Of a DNA stretch of 64,000 nucleotides, positions 29,673-40,134 are shown one piece after another. Both the position numbers and the translations under genes were made by a program. Under the pieces are notes generated by a model that ran no database searches, was not told the DNA's origin, and saw only the letters and a list, made by a program, of their open reading frames with translations. Position 1 is the first letter of the stretch, and each line of letters starts with the position of its first letter. The stretch comes from a virus, in IMG/VR virus record IMGVR_UViG_3300033149_001989, positions 1 to 64,000 of that record; one strand, written 5' to 3'.

Positions 29673-31164
29673 CGTCCTTTATCTCTTCATTAGGATTACT
29701 AGGAGCACCAATCTTAGGTGATGAAAATGGCATCGGTGGGGCACCAGGTAGATTCTTTTCCTTATAAATATCCTGCTCCTGCTCCATACGCTCAACCTCT
29801 TCATCAAGATTATAACCAACAGCCTCCATCCTGCTACGTCTTGAAATGTTACCCTCTTGATACATTGCTTGACCAATAATATTAATATCCATAAGTCTGT
29901 ATAGCCTCACTGGAGCAAATGTTGGAATAGGTTTATTCTTAAATTTATTTTTAACTCTTATTTCCTCATATAAACCTTTGGTCCACTCAATAAGAATATC
30001 TCTAATAGTTTCCATAGTTGCGAGCGGGGAAAAGGCAGCAAAATCCGAGCCACCCTGAACGTTTGACCTCAGTGTTTCACCAGTAATCAATGTTCTAGGA
30101 AACCCAAATCCAGAAATAATATCATCATTAACGGCACGATACTTCTCCTCATTAAGCATCGCTTCCGTATCTGGAAACACCCACGTAATCTTTAAAGTAT
30201 GGTTAGCAAATAGTTGGAATATTCTCTCCGCCTGACCAGCAGTAGTCTGAAGATTCATTTGTTCTTTAATATGTTCAAAGTCTGCTTCATCAGTACAAGG
30301 ATAATCATCACTGCCTAACTGAATTAACTGAATGGCTGATATAACCCTAGCAGCAATTGAGTAATCCATTTTTCTCATATTTCTCTTATGAATAAGGGAT
30401 TCAAGAGCATTGCTCATATAAGGAGTTGGATAATCATCTTCTGGCAATGTTCTACCAAATATAGGTCTTATACCTTCCAGTTTAACTTCTAACTGCGTTC
30501 CCTTCAAATTCCTAACTGCTTCAACAAACTCTGGGTAGTTCTTAACTAACTCCTCATAAGTTTCCTTATCAACAGTACCATCTCTAAGTTTACCTTTCCT
30601 TTTAATGAACTCTATCAACTCATAATCTACTTTAGCGTAGACATACTTCTTGTTAGGAATTGGTGAATTCCTAATTATAATAGTAGCAGGGTCTCTAAAC
30701 CATATATTATCTGGAACCATAAACCTTGTTCTTGAATTTAATTTAGGAGACAAATCACTACCCTTATATCTAGACCATTCATAATGGGGAACTACCAACC
30801 CCGACAGCAAGAACTCCAGACACACATTCCTATAAAACTCTTGTAGCATTTCAGCGAGAGAATTATACACTTCAAATTCTATGTCGGTGCATTCTGCTTT
30901 TCTATTCTTTAGTGGAGTAATGGCACAATCCACCATTTTATTAATAACTGTTCCAGCAACTGGGTCACGCTTATAAAAGAACCTACAAACTTCAATTAGT
31001 TTATGATACTTCTTAGGTATTTCCATCTTGTCTGTACTAGATGTAAACAAAAGTGAAGTTTGTGTAGGGTCATTTAATAAGTTAGCAGTTGCGTTCGCTA
31101 ACTTACCAGACTTTTTACTTACCGCCGTAGCCTTCTTGCTAGATTTCTTATCACCAGTAGCCAC
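29662..31164 (-). CDS. Portal protein
   Basis: 500 aa directly after the terminase; RFFYKRDPVAGTVIN, DIISGFGFPRTLITG and Pro-rich C-terminal tail. Confidence 0.8.
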   Translation of the reverse strand: MATGDKKSSKKATAVSKKSGKLANATANLLNDPTQTSLLFTSSTDKMEIPKKYHKLIEVCRFFYKRDPVAGTVINKMVDCAITPLKNRKAECTDIEFEVYNSLAEMLQEFYRNVCLEFLLSGLVVPHYEWSRYKGSDLSPKLNSRTRFMVPDNIWFRDPATIIIRNSPIPNKKYVYAKVDYELIEFIKRKGKLRDGTVDKETYEELVKNYPEFVEAVRNLKGTQLEVKLEGIRPIFGRTLPEDDYPTPYMSNALESLIHKRNMRKMDYSIAARVISAIQLIQLGSDDYPCTDEADFEHIKEQMNLQTTAGQAERIFQLFANHTLKITWVFPDTEAMLNEEKYRAVNDDIISGFGFPRTLITGETLRSNVQGGSDFAAFSPLATMETIRDILIEWTKGLYEEIRVKNKFKNKPIPTFAPVRLYRLMDINIIGQAMYQEGNISRRSRMEAVGYNLDEEVERMEQEQDIYKEKNLPGAPPMPFSSPKIGAPSNPNEEIKDVED

Positions 31165-31178
31165 TACATTCTTTACCT

Positions 31179-32780
31179 CTATTGAATTTTAACCACATTC
31201 CAATTTGGTCTGGCTAAATCACTATACTTGCCCTTACCTTTAGGTTTTTCTGGGGAATAGTATTTATAGTAATAACCATATATCCAAGTTAGTAATGAGG
31301 CTAATAAATGGTCCTCTCCTCTTTGACCACCTTGAGGTGAATATACAAAGAACTTAGGCTCTCCAACTAAGTCCCTAGTAAATCCTACACGCTCAAGTTC
31401 CGATATGACATCATCATCCTTAACTGAAAATGCTATTATTTGGTCATTCTGACTCCACTTTTGCAGAGTTTGGATTGTAAACTTACGCACTCTTTCCTTA
31501 ATTTCTCTTCCATCCTCATCATAACCAGTGGTCACACTAGCACCAAAATCAACGGGTACTAATCTTTTAGAGAAGTGCTTATGTTTAAAATCTCCCTCAT
31601 CGTCCTGAAGTATTTGACACAAAGCAAGACCTGAGTGACCAGCATCTATACATAGCATATTAAACCTGTAAATATTATCAAGCCAATCAATAATTTTAGC
31701 CTGCATAGGATATTTGATTCTTCGTAACTCAAACCTTACAAATTCACGCCATATTTTAGTTTCCCTATCACGCCATAATATAGTCATAATTGTTGGGTCA
31801 TTAGAAAAACCAGCATCTATACCAACCACCAATAAGTCATGTTTCTTCTCAATATCGTGAGGTAATTCTGGTGCTCTCAATATTTCATTAAAATTACCGT
31901 CATGCTGGTCAAGAGTAACATTGTTAAGAATAGAAATCATAACGTCATAATCTTCTATCCTCATTAATTTTCTATCAAACACAGAAAATGCGGGAGAACC
32001 GTGTTCACCAAGAACCAAGTGAACGTAATCATCGCCCTGCTCACCACCATATTGTTTTAGGTCGGCTTTGTGTTGCTGCTTGGTATATCTGACGCTCCTT
32101 AGACGAGTAACGTTATGTCTTGAAAATTTATCATCAACTTGGTCACATTCATAAAGAACATTTTTCTCTCTCAAACCATTTGGTACACCGCTAACCCACA
32201 ATTGAAAGTTGTCATCCCAGGTCGTGAGACACTGCATTAAGGAGTTCCAAGCAGTATAATTAAATACCTGAGCCTCATCAACAAAAATACAAGGAACGTG
32301 CAGCCCGATAACATTACTGTCGGCGGTAGAACCAACGATACGACAACGAATAGTACAACCATTCAGCAGACGAATTTCGTGATTAGACATATTAACACTG
32401 TTTCTATCTACGTAATGCTTAAATAGAAAATGACGTCTGAAGAAATTAATCAACCTAAGAAAGATTGGTTCTAATTGTGCCTTGTTCTGAACAACTAACA
32501 ATATTTCATTGGCACTAGCTTTTCTATACTTGTTAGCCGAAGAATACCACAATATTTTAGTTTCCATACTAACTGTTTTACCAGTAGTACGCCCAGTACA
32601 TATACTAATATGAGGTGAAGAATCTACTAACATTTCTCTTTGATAATTATCAAAATGCCATCCTTTACCTTCCTCTATTTCTTCATCGGTACTTCTAACA
32701 AATTCCCCAAAAAATACTGGGTCATCAAGAATCTCAAGAAGTGCCCAATCCCCTTCGCTTAGTACAACTTTTTCCTTCAT
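31179..32780 (-). CDS. terL: Terminase large subunit
   Basis: YQ adenine-binding motif, Walker A GRTTGKT, Walker B IFVDEAQ, nuclease VGIDAG. Confidence 0.9.
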   Translation of the reverse strand: MKEKVVLSEGDWALLEILDDPVFFGEFVRSTDEEIEEGKGWHFDNYQREMLVDSSPHISICTGRTTGKTVSMETKILWYSSANKYRKASANEILLVVQNKAQLEPIFLRLINFFRRHFLFKHYVDRNSVNMSNHEIRLLNGCTIRCRIVGSTADSNVIGLHVPCIFVDEAQVFNYTAWNSLMQCLTTWDDNFQLWVSGVPNGLREKNVLYECDQVDDKFSRHNVTRLRSVRYTKQQHKADLKQYGGEQGDDYVHLVLGEHGSPAFSVFDRKLMRIEDYDVMISILNNVTLDQHDGNFNEILRAPELPHDIEKKHDLLVVGIDAGFSNDPTIMTILWRDRETKIWREFVRFELRRIKYPMQAKIIDWLDNIYRFNMLCIDAGHSGLALCQILQDDEGDFKHKHFSKRLVPVDFGASVTTGYDEDGREIKERVRKFTIQTLQKWSQNDQIIAFSVKDDDVISELERVGFTRDLVGEPKFFVYSPQGGQRGEDHLLASLLTWIYGYYYKYYSPEKPKGKGKYSDLARPNWNVVKIQ

Positions 32781-33349
32781 CCTTCAGTCAACACAATGTT
32801 CTCGTTGGATTCCTCTGCCACAGAGTGAACACCTTTTTTATGGCACTTCCAACACTCACATCTAATCGTATACTTGTAAGGTTCAACTGGTACAATTTCA
32901 CTTTCTATAGAACCTTCCTCACCCTTCTCAGTAACATAAATAAAATATTTGGCTAAAACTTGACCACATTTAGGACATACCAACCTCTTTAAACGACTGT
33001 CTAAAAACTTAGAAGCCATATTCTGCAAATTCTCAATATGCTGGATTGGGCTTTCCTCAGTCTCGCTCTGCCTTTTCGCTCTATGAATTCCAAGTTTTTC
33101 CTGCAATTGAGCATAATTCTGGGTAGCATCACGCAAGGCACTATTCAACTCTCTAACCTTCTTAGAATCACTAACCTTGTCTTTTATTTTGTCAAGAGAT
33201 TCATTAATATCTTCAATATTTATTTCGAGGTGGCACAACTGCTTAAGAGAAGCCATATCATTAGCCTCATTCATTTCATCCAGTTCATAAGTCTCAAGAT
33301 ACTTCTCTAGTTTTTCCTGAAGTCGTGCCCCCTTCTTTTTCCTACCCAT
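32777..33349 (-). CDS. Putative terminase small subunit (coiled coil plus zinc ribbon)
   Basis: Overlaps the terL start; helical N-terminus; CPKC...CWKC. Confidence 0.5.
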   Translation of the reverse strand: MGRKKKGARLQEKLEKYLETYELDEMNEANDMASLKQLCHLEINIEDINESLDKIKDKVSDSKKVRELNSALRDATQNYAQLQEKLGIHRAKRQSETEESPIQHIENLQNMASKFLDSRLKRLVCPKCGQVLAKYFIYVTEKGEEGSIESEIVPVEPYKYTIRCECWKCHKKGVHSVAEESNENIVLTEG

Positions 33350-33617
33350 CTGTCTCTATACCCCCTAAAACTACATTATAGTCAGTATCAACATCCCACT
33401 TAGTACCAAGATAATATAATTTAGGACGTATCCCTCTTTTTAGAAACCTTCTCATACGGTCACGTCTTTTATGCTCCACATTTTGCAAATACCGAACCCA
33501 CCGTTCCCTACCTCTTATTTCTTTTTTCCACGTTCTAAAGCAAGTGGAACAAAAAAAGCTGCGCCCCCTTTTTCCACGAGAAATCTCTCTTAAACAAATC
33601 GAACAATAATATTTCAT
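33342..33617 (-). CDS. Basic zinc-finger hypothetical protein
   Basis: CSIC...CSTC; Arg-rich. Confidence 0.55.
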   Translation of the reverse strand: MKYYCSICLREISRGKRGRSFFCSTCFRTWKKEIRGRERWVRYLQNVEHKRRDRMRRFLKRGIRPKLYYLGTKWDVDTDYNVVLGGIETDG

Positions 33618-33624
33618 AGTTTAC

Positions 33625-36600
33625 CTAAGATAGAGAACACGAATCCCCATCACACTCCAAGCACAATTCCAAAACCTGCTGTTGCCTACTCCTATTGCGA
33701 AAAACAGTAAGACCTTTCAAATTAAGGTCATAAGCAAGTTTCAATATTTTTTCAACATCCTCAACAGTCGCACCAAATGGCATATTAATTGTTTTAGAAA
33801 TAGAATTGTTAACATGCCTCTGAAAAGCCGCTTGCATCCTGACATGGTTCTCTGGTAACACTTCCAACGCTGTTCTAAACACCCTCTGCCACTTTTCAGG
33901 AACCTCATCTAAACCAGTAACTCTACCACCATTTTTGATAATCTTATTAACAAGTATTTGAGAGAACCACCCCTCTCGCTTGGCGATAATCTCAAAAATC
34001 GGGTTCACCTCAAAAAACGTCTGGTTTTCAAGAATATTAGTTTTCTGATAAACAATAGCAAATGCTGGTTCAATACCACTTGATGTTTCAGCAATGATAG
34101 AAATAGAACCTGTTGGAGCAATGGTAGTCAAAGTTGCATTCCTTTGTGGTGCTGTTAGTATAGAATCATTAATACTAGGAAAACTACCCCTGTCCTCAGC
34201 CAACTTAATCGATGCCTTACGAGCTTCAACATTAATAAAGTCCATCACCTCTTCCGCAATTACCTCAGCCTCTTTAGAATCGTATGGAATACCGAGCATA
34301 AATAACATATCAGCAAATCCCATTACTCCAAGCCCAATCTTTCGATTTAACTTAACTCGCTTCTCTATAACCTCAAGCGGATAACTAGAAGTATCAATAA
34401 CATCGTCAAGAAACCTGACAGCGTGGTGAACAACCTTCCTTAATGAATTATAAACAATTTGTCCATCCTCAACAAACTTAGACAAATTAATTGAACCAAG
34501 AACACACGCCTCATATGGTAACAAGTCTTGCTCACCACAATTTGACACCACTATACCATTAACAATCAAAGAATGGGTAGTATTAGCAACGACCTCAAAA
34601 ACCTTATCTTCGCCATCGGGCTCAACAGACACCACTTCGGCAGTTTCAGTCCCACCTGCTTTATAATTACTCCAAGTATTAGCAATATTATCTTTTTGTG
34701 GAGACAAGTAAAAGCCGATAATATCTCTAAAAGCCAAGGCATCTCTACCAGTAATATTTAGCATCCAAGCCTGTGAAAAATTACTAACCTTATCCCCATA
34801 TTTTACACCCCTTTTACAACTATGAGCATAGATACTTGACTTGATACCAAAATAGCTCAACATTAATTGGACACGCTCTATTTTATTTTTATTTATAGAA
34901 GTGAGATTTATCACCCTATTTTTCTTGTTTGCTGAACCGTCCGCAGAGAACAACCCTTGTAGTATTCCCTTCATAATAGAAACATTCTTTAATAAGCAAT
35001 CAGGAATATCTCTATCACAACTCAACACACCAAAGTAGTCTCTAGCTTTAGCATTACCCACCTGCATCGTAAATATATTACCTTTTTGCTTATGAAAATG
35101 AACGTTGCCCAACCTAGAACAGTACTTTTCCAAGAACCTCATTGCAAATACTTCTTCACTATTACAAATAAAAGTGTACGAAGCGGGTTCACGCTTACTT
35201 ATATTACCATCGCCTAGCAACCACCCAATAACCCTACCATAATCAAGAGCAGACTCATCAATATCAAAAACGTTTATCGGTGCAATTGTTTGAATACAAA
35301 TTTTATCACCTTTTTTAAGCCCATCTGCTCTTACAAACTGATAAGAATCATAGCCAAAACTTTCTCTACAACCACCAACATCTACCAAAACCTTATGATT
35401 AGCCGTAAGACGTAACGATTGACCAGTGTTCAATATTACTTTATAAACAGGCTCTACACCTTGTGGTATAACTGTAAGTAATGTGCTCGTAACACCATTA
35501 GAATGAACAGAACGCAAATCTGTCAAAACGGGTACTTCACCAATATCTTCTATATTATAAATACCAGATGTAGTAAAAACTTTAGTACCTCTAGCCAACG
35601 CTAAATTTTTTATTAAATGTCCTTGCTTCGGTGTAGGGTTATCTTGTTCTATTTTATCCCAAAAAACAAAACCAGGTTCACCATTTCGCCACGCAGACTC
35701 AGCAATGAACCTAAATAAATGACGAGCATTAACTTTCTTAACAACTTTACCATCCTTTGGATTAAGCAACGAAAAGTCACTATCATTTTTTACTGCTCTC
35801 ATAAATTCATCTGTAATCGCTACAGATATATTAAAATTACTTAAATCGCCCTCTTCCATCTTGCATTGAATAAATTCTATAATGTCTGGATGATTAATCA
35901 ATAACAATCCAAGATTGCCACCACGACGTATGCCACCTTGCTTAATAACATCGCTAATGGTATTAAATATCCTCATAAAAGTAACAGGCCCACTAGCAAT
36001 TCCTTGTGTACTTTTAACAAAGTCTCCTGTTGGTCTTAGTTTAGAGAAGTTGAGACCGACACCACCTCCTGACTTCTGAACCATGCCACAATCCTTAGCT
36101 GTTCGTAAAATCTCCTCCATCGAGTCACCAATTTCAAAGGCATAACAAGCAAACAAATAATTCAGGTCACTATTACCAGCATTAGCAAGGCACGGAGTAT
36201 TCGGCAAGAATATTTGGTTAGCCATCAAATTATAGAAAACTTTACTCCAATAATCTGGATTACTACCATATTGCTTTTCTGCCGATGCCACGTGCTTCGC
36301 CACCCGCTTGAATAATTGCGAAGGTGTTTCTTTAGAACCATTAATATTTTTAAGATACCTCTGTTTCAGGAGTGCCAAGGCATTTACGCCAAGTTTCAAA
36401 TCGTCATCAACACCGATAGCCTCTCTGAAACCACGAATTTCCGCTCTTTTTGCTCTATAGAGAATATATGTCTTGGCAAGCTTAGTTCTACCAGAATTTA
36501 TTAAAACATCCTCTACCTTATCCTGTATTTCCTCTACAGAAATTTCTCTGCTACCATTTATAGTACTAGATACTCTTTCTGCAACCTCCTTAGCAAACCT

Positions 36601-36702
36601 CTCATCAACATCACCAATAGATGCCATCGCCCTGCTAACCGCAGTTACAATCTTATCTGAATTAAACTTTGCTATTCTACCATCACGTTTAATAATTCTC
36701 AA
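33625..36702 (-). CDS. nrdJ: Class II (adenosylcobalamin) ribonucleotide reductase with ATP cone and intein
   Basis: IIKRDG ATP cone, [23 protein letters not shown], (intein)[14 protein letters not shown]-terminal CLECDGDSC; no NrdB gene in the window. Confidence 0.93.
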   Translation of the reverse strand: MRIIKRDGRIAKFNSDKIVTAVSRAMASIGDVDERFAKEVAERVSSTINGSREISVEEIQDKVEDVLINSGRTKLAKTYILYRAKRAEIRGFREAIGVDDDLKLGVNALALLKQRYLKNINGSKETPSQLFKRVAKHVASAEKQYGSNPDYWSKVFYNLMANQIFLPNTPCLANAGNSDLNYLFACYAFEIGDSMEEILRTAKDCGMVQKSGGGVGLNFSKLRPTGDFVKSTQGIASGPVTFMRIFNTISDVIKQGGIRRGGNLGLLLINHPDIIEFIQCKMEEGDLSNFNISVAITDEFMRAVKNDSDFSLLNPKDGKVVKKVNARHLFRFIAESAWRNGEPGFVFWDKIEQDNPTPKQGHLIKNLALARGTKVFTTSGIYNIEDIGEVPVLTDLRSVHSNGVTSTLLTVIPQGVEPVYKVILNTGQSLRLTANHKVLVDVGGCRESFGYDSYQFVRADGLKKGDKICIQTIAPINVFDIDESALDYGRVIGWLLGDGNISKREPASYTFICNSEEVFAMRFLEKYCSRLGNVHFHKQKGNIFTMQVGNAKARDYFGVLSCDRDIPDCLLKNVSIMKGILQGLFSADGSANKKNRVINLTSINKNKIERVQLMLSYFGIKSSIYAHSCKRGVKYGDKVSNFSQAWMLNITGRDALAFRDIIGFYLSPQKDNIANTWSNYKAGGTETAEVVSVEPDGEDKVFEVVANTTHSLIVNGIVVSNCGEQDLLPYEACVLGSINLSKFVEDGQIVYNSLRKVVHHAVRFLDDVIDTSSYPLEVIEKRVKLNRKIGLGVMGFADMLFMLGIPYDSKEAEVIAEEVMDFINVEARKASIKLAEDRGSFPSINDSILTAPQRNATLTTIAPTGSISIIAETSSGIEPAFAIVYQKTNILENQTFFEVNPIFEIIAKREGWFSQILVNKIIKNGGRVTGLDEVPEKWQRVFRTALEVLPENHVRMQAAFQRHVNNSISKTINMPFGATVEDVEKILKLAYDLNLKGLTVFRNRSRQQQVLELCLECDGDSCSLS
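34540..35601 (-). mobile_element. Intein (354 aa) with LAGLIDADG homing endonuclease; Ala at position 1
   Basis: [10 protein letters not shown] block A, LTANH block B, GWLLGDG and GLFSADG LAGLIDADG motifs, IVVSN/C block G; interrupts N-L/CGEQ. Confidence 0.9.
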
Positions 36703-36703
36703 T

Positions 36704-37423
36704 TTAAACCACTCCTTTAACTAGTCTATTCATGCCTCTAAAAGCACCATTTGGTGTTATTAGATTTGATAAACCAGAAGCACGTACAGTAACCCAAGTA
36801 GCTCCATGTATAGTGCCGTCATTATCATTTTCCGTTGCATCGTAAGCGGTTGCTCCTGAGCCTTCGTCAAGATACCACAAGCCAACCGTGTGCTCATCAA
36901 GAGGGAATGGCCTTCCTTTACCACCATTCCAGTTAGCCGTTATTTCTTCTTGAGTCCTAGCTTTGTTGGAGATGCGAACTTGCGCTATAATACCAGTAAA
37001 AGACCCCCCTCCTGTTCCTGCTAAGTTATCACCAATATAGCATTTTCCATCGTTAGTATTGATGGCAATTGACTGATTGTCCTCGTTTGTGCTGTTGACA
37101 TAAAGGATTGTTACTCCCTCACTATGGACAAAGGCAAAGTAATACTCGTTTCCGTAGGAGACATAGTAATTAAATGTTACTATCGGACTGGAATATGCTG
37201 AATGGAAGGGCTGGCTACTACTTCTGATACCTACTCCTGACTGCTTTCCTGCTGAATTGTTGCCAATACTAGCTATGTATCCGTAAGATTTTTCCTGTTG
37301 TTTTGGTAAATAGACCCAAGCCTCAATGGTGTGGTCTCCACTTCCCACATTGAAGACCTCGTCATTGCCACAATTCACATAATCATTATCTCCATCGAAG
37401 CTGAGAGCAAATTCTGTAACCAT
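36704..37423 (-). CDS. LamG/concanavalin A-like domain protein
   Basis: ALSFDGDNDYV, TIEAWV, FTGIIAQVRISN, GLWYLDEGSG, GTIHGATW. Confidence 0.85.
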   Translation of the reverse strand: MVTEFALSFDGDNDYVNCGNDEVFNVGSGDHTIEAWVYLPKQQEKSYGYIASIGNNSAGKQSGVGIRSSSQPFHSAYSSPIVTFNYYVSYGNEYYFAFVHSEGVTILYVNSTNEDNQSIAINTNDGKCYIGDNLAGTGGGSFTGIIAQVRISNKARTQEEITANWNGGKGRPFPLDEHTVGLWYLDEGSGATAYDATENDNDGTIHGATWVTVRASGLSNLITPNGAFRGMNRLVKGVV

Positions 37424-37425
37424 TA

Positions 37426-37857
37426 TTAAACACCCTCAGTTACTAATAGTGTCATTCCCCCGCTTGCACAAATCCCCGCTATCGCTGCTGTACTAAGATT
37501 ACCTAATTTTGAACTCATTTCGTAACTTCCACCACTGGCAGGAATTCTTATTCCTGTGTTAACAGCAGCAGTGCCACCAATATTAATATAGATTTCCTCT
37601 GACGAATCATTAATCAAACAAAGATACTTTCTATTTGTATTTGCTGCTATAACTAGTGTTGAAGAAGCACCAATCTCTGGTGCTGTATGAGTCATGGTAA
37701 CTGTAGAATCAACAACAATATTACCATCAGAGTCAACCTTAACTACTTGATACTCATCGTCACCAACCTGGCCGACAAGCAGCGTTACCTTGCAGTTATC
37801 GTTAAAACTGAGTTCTTTTATTAAATCTCCTAATTGCGCTAATGTATATGTTGCCAT
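37426..37857 (-). CDS. Hypothetical (virion-accessory-like beta protein)
   Basis: VIAANTNRKYLCLINDSSEEIYINIG...GIRI motif, seen in phage surface proteins. Confidence 0.5.
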   Translation of the reverse strand: MATYTLAQLGDLIKELSFNDNCKVTLLVGQVGDDEYQVVKVDSDGNIVVDSTVTMTHTAPEIGASSTLVIAANTNRKYLCLINDSSEEIYINIGGTAAVNTGIRIPASGGSYEMSSKLGNLSTAAIAGICASGGMTLLVTEGV

Positions 37858-37864
37858 AATTTAA

Positions 37865-38335
37865 CTACCTCTTATCATGTACTCCCTCACCGTTCCAATA
37901 CTTATTCCAATGAACAAGCACCTCTACAGCACTATCAAAATCGGGGACAATGCGAGTAGCATAATACTCTAACCACCCACCAACATGGTTTTTGGCAATA
38001 ACAAGAGTTGGTTTAGGACAAATCCAAGTGGCATAATAAAACTCGCCAGCGGTCCCCCAACTGGCATCATCACCAGTTAACACAACTACAGCATCAACGT
38101 TACGAACATCATTTAAATCACGATTAATACACTCTTGAATTGTTAACCCATTCTTAAATACGCTATTATCAATCGTCTTACAACTAGTTAAATGCTGCTT
38201 ACCACGCATTGGGTTCCGACATTTAATACCAACCGCATTAAGTTTATCCGTAAGTATGTCTCTTTCTCTTATTGCCTCTTTATAACTTAAGTTGGCAACA
38301 CGACCAGAAAGATAGACTTCGTATTCCTTTTCCAT
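37865..38335 (-). CDS. Nucleoside 2-deoxyribosyltransferase / nucleotide hydrolase-like protein
   Basis: VYLSG, DLNDVRNVDAVVV, SWGTAGE. Confidence 0.75.
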   Translation of the reverse strand: MEKEYEVYLSGRVANLSYKEAIRERDILTDKLNAVGIKCRNPMRGKQHLTSCKTIDNSVFKNGLTIQECINRDLNDVRNVDAVVVLTGDDASWGTAGEFYYATWICPKPTLVIAKNHVGGWLEYYATRIVPDFDSAVEVLVHWNKYWNGEGVHDKR

Positions 38336-38345
38336 CCCTTTCCTC

Positions 38346-38777
38346 CTATTTTCCTGTAGAACCAAAACCTCCAGCACCACGCTCAGTAGTAGATAATTTA
38401 GTTACCACCTTAAACCCTGTAGGTTCGTTCCGCACTAATCTACATTGTGCAATTCGATGACCAACCTCAAAAATCTCGTGGTTATTCATACAAACACCGT
38501 AGAGTAGTACCATAATTTCACCACGATAATCAGCATCAATAATCCCAGGTGAATTTAAAACTACAATACCTTTGGATGCCATACCACTCCTTGGATATAT
38601 CTCAACGTGATACCCTTTTGGAATCTCAAAGATAAGCCCAGTCCCAGCCTTCTTGAAATAACCATTATAAAGAACAAATCGTTCACACGTATGCAAATCG
38701 AAACACGCCGCATCTTTGGTAGATATTTTCGGTATAATTGCTTTAGAGTTTACCCTTTTTACATTTATAATAGCCAT
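38346..38777 (-). CDS. dut: dUTPase (trimeric)
   Basis: ACFDL, PRSG, GIIDADYRGE, RIAQ, RGAGGFGSTG. Confidence 0.96.
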   Translation of the reverse strand: MAIINVKRVNSKAIIPKISTKDAACFDLHTCERFVLYNGYFKKAGTGLIFEIPKGYHVEIYPRSGMASKGIVVLNSPGIIDADYRGEIMVLLYGVCMNNHEIFEVGHRIAQCRLVRNEPTGFKVVTKLSTTERGAGGFGSTGK

Positions 38778-39352
38778 TATTCCTCTATCCTATCTACTAG
38801 TCCCATTTCTAAGCATTCTTCACTCTGGTACCACTGAGGAGTATTATCTCTAAGAACTTCATACCAAAAATTAGGATTGCTCCACTGAGTACCGTCCTTA
38901 CATCTCATCGCCATCAAATTAGCAAACTGCTCGTGCCAGTATTCTAACAATTTCCGCTCGGCATCCATATTTTTCATGTCACCAGTAAAACCTGTAGTAA
39001 CTCCGTGAGCCATCTGGACACACAACCGCCCCATCGTCCTCTCGTCACAACACTGCAAAATAAAAAAAGCCATAGAGCAAGCCTGACCGTGAACTTGTCC
39101 AATAACTCTTATACCACGACGTTGTGCTATCCTGATTCCCCTGATTATAGACAATCCAGAAAAAATGTTACCGCCTGGCGAAGCAATAATAATTACAATT
39201 GGTTTCTCAGAATTGCTCAGAAGAATCATATGAATATCTTCAATAAACTGAGCCGCAGTCCCAGACTCTATCTCACCACTTAATAAAATTATCCTTTTGT
39301 CCCTTAATTGTCGTCTTTCGTATTCCGCAATAACGATAACATCTTCACACAT
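38777..39352 (-). CDS. clpP: ClpP-like serine protease subunit
   Basis: RIILLSGEI, IASPGG, ACSMA (catalytic Ser), MAHG (His), ECLEMGLVD. Confidence 0.85.
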   Translation of the reverse strand: MCEDVIVIAEYERRQLRDKRIILLSGEIESGTAAQFIEDIHMILLSNSEKPIVIIIASPGGNIFSGLSIIRGIRIAQRRGIRVIGQVHGQACSMAFFILQCCDERTMGRLCVQMAHGVTTGFTGDMKNMDAERKLLEYWHEQFANLMAMRCKDGTQWSNPNFWYEVLRDNTPQWYQSEECLEMGLVDRIEE

Positions 39353-39528
39353 CAAGCCACTCCGTCTTTTCCAAAATATCTTTTGCAATTTTTTTGTCTC
39401 GCTCATTCATTTGCGAATAAACTGCTTTTATAACTCTACGAATAAGTTCCTGCTCGTAATAGGAAAACCCAGGGGCTGTTAACTTAGCCGTCATATCCCG
39501 AAGCCTTCTTAAACTTTCCTCTAACTTC

Positions 39529-39557
39529 ATTGTAACACACCAACACCGACTTGTCAA
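39529..39557 (-). promoter_or_regulatory. Sigma70-type promoter upstream of the clpP-dut-nrdJ block
   Basis: TTGACA-17-TACAAT with TG extension. Confidence 0.65.
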
Positions 39558-39559
39558 GC

Positions 39560-39823
39560 CTACCTGTTACGACAGCGACTACAAGTTCGGAAAATATCAT
39601 CAAGGTCTCTTCCTGATATTTTAGTTACTATTTCGGCATACCTGGGAAACTTACCCACCATATATTCTCTCTTCTTGGGGTCCGCCATATCAGCAATGTG
39701 AAGACAACACCACATACAAATTTGCTTTGTCAGTACTGGGCAAGTAAATAAAATACCCGCATAACCTGATTTTGTCATTTTTGCATGTTCTTCTTTTAAT
39801 TCATTTGCTAAAGCGCACTTCAT
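39560..39823 (-). CDS. Cys-rich hypothetical protein
   Basis: AGGAGG upstream; packed in the operon. Confidence 0.55.
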   Translation of the reverse strand: MKCALANELKEEHAKMTKSGYAGILFTCPVLTKQICMWCCLHIADMADPKKREYMVGKFPRYAEIVTKISGRDLDDIFRTCSRCRNR

Positions 39824-40029
39824 TTTTTCCTATCCCTCCTATGAAAATAATTATAGAGGTCAATTTCTATGTTTGTCAAATTATTAAACAGTGTAAACAA
39901 TTCCGAAACAATAGCAAACCTGGCAACCCTATTTGTTCTAGCATCAGAACCAAGTAACTCAAGATTATCTATAATGGTTTGCATCCTATCCTTCTCTATA
40001 TTAAGAGCCTTTATCAATTTTCTTAGTTG
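39820..40029 (-). CDS. Hypothetical protein
   Basis: Start MQLRK; coupled to the next gene. Confidence 0.5.
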   Translation of the reverse strand, partial: QLRKLIKALNIEKDRMQTIIDNLELLGSDARTNRVARFAIVSELFTLFNNLTNIEIDLYNYFHRRDRKK

Positions 40030-40134
40030 CATCGAACCCACAACTCCGATGTACAAAGTACGTACTATTATCAATTAATAATATATTATATAGTACTTAT
40101 TGTACATAAATTTTGGTATCTCATTTTTGGTGTT

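Noticed and set aside
36704-37423. Diversity-generating retroelement target
   Set aside because: No reverse transcriptase and no template/variable repeat pair seen in the window.
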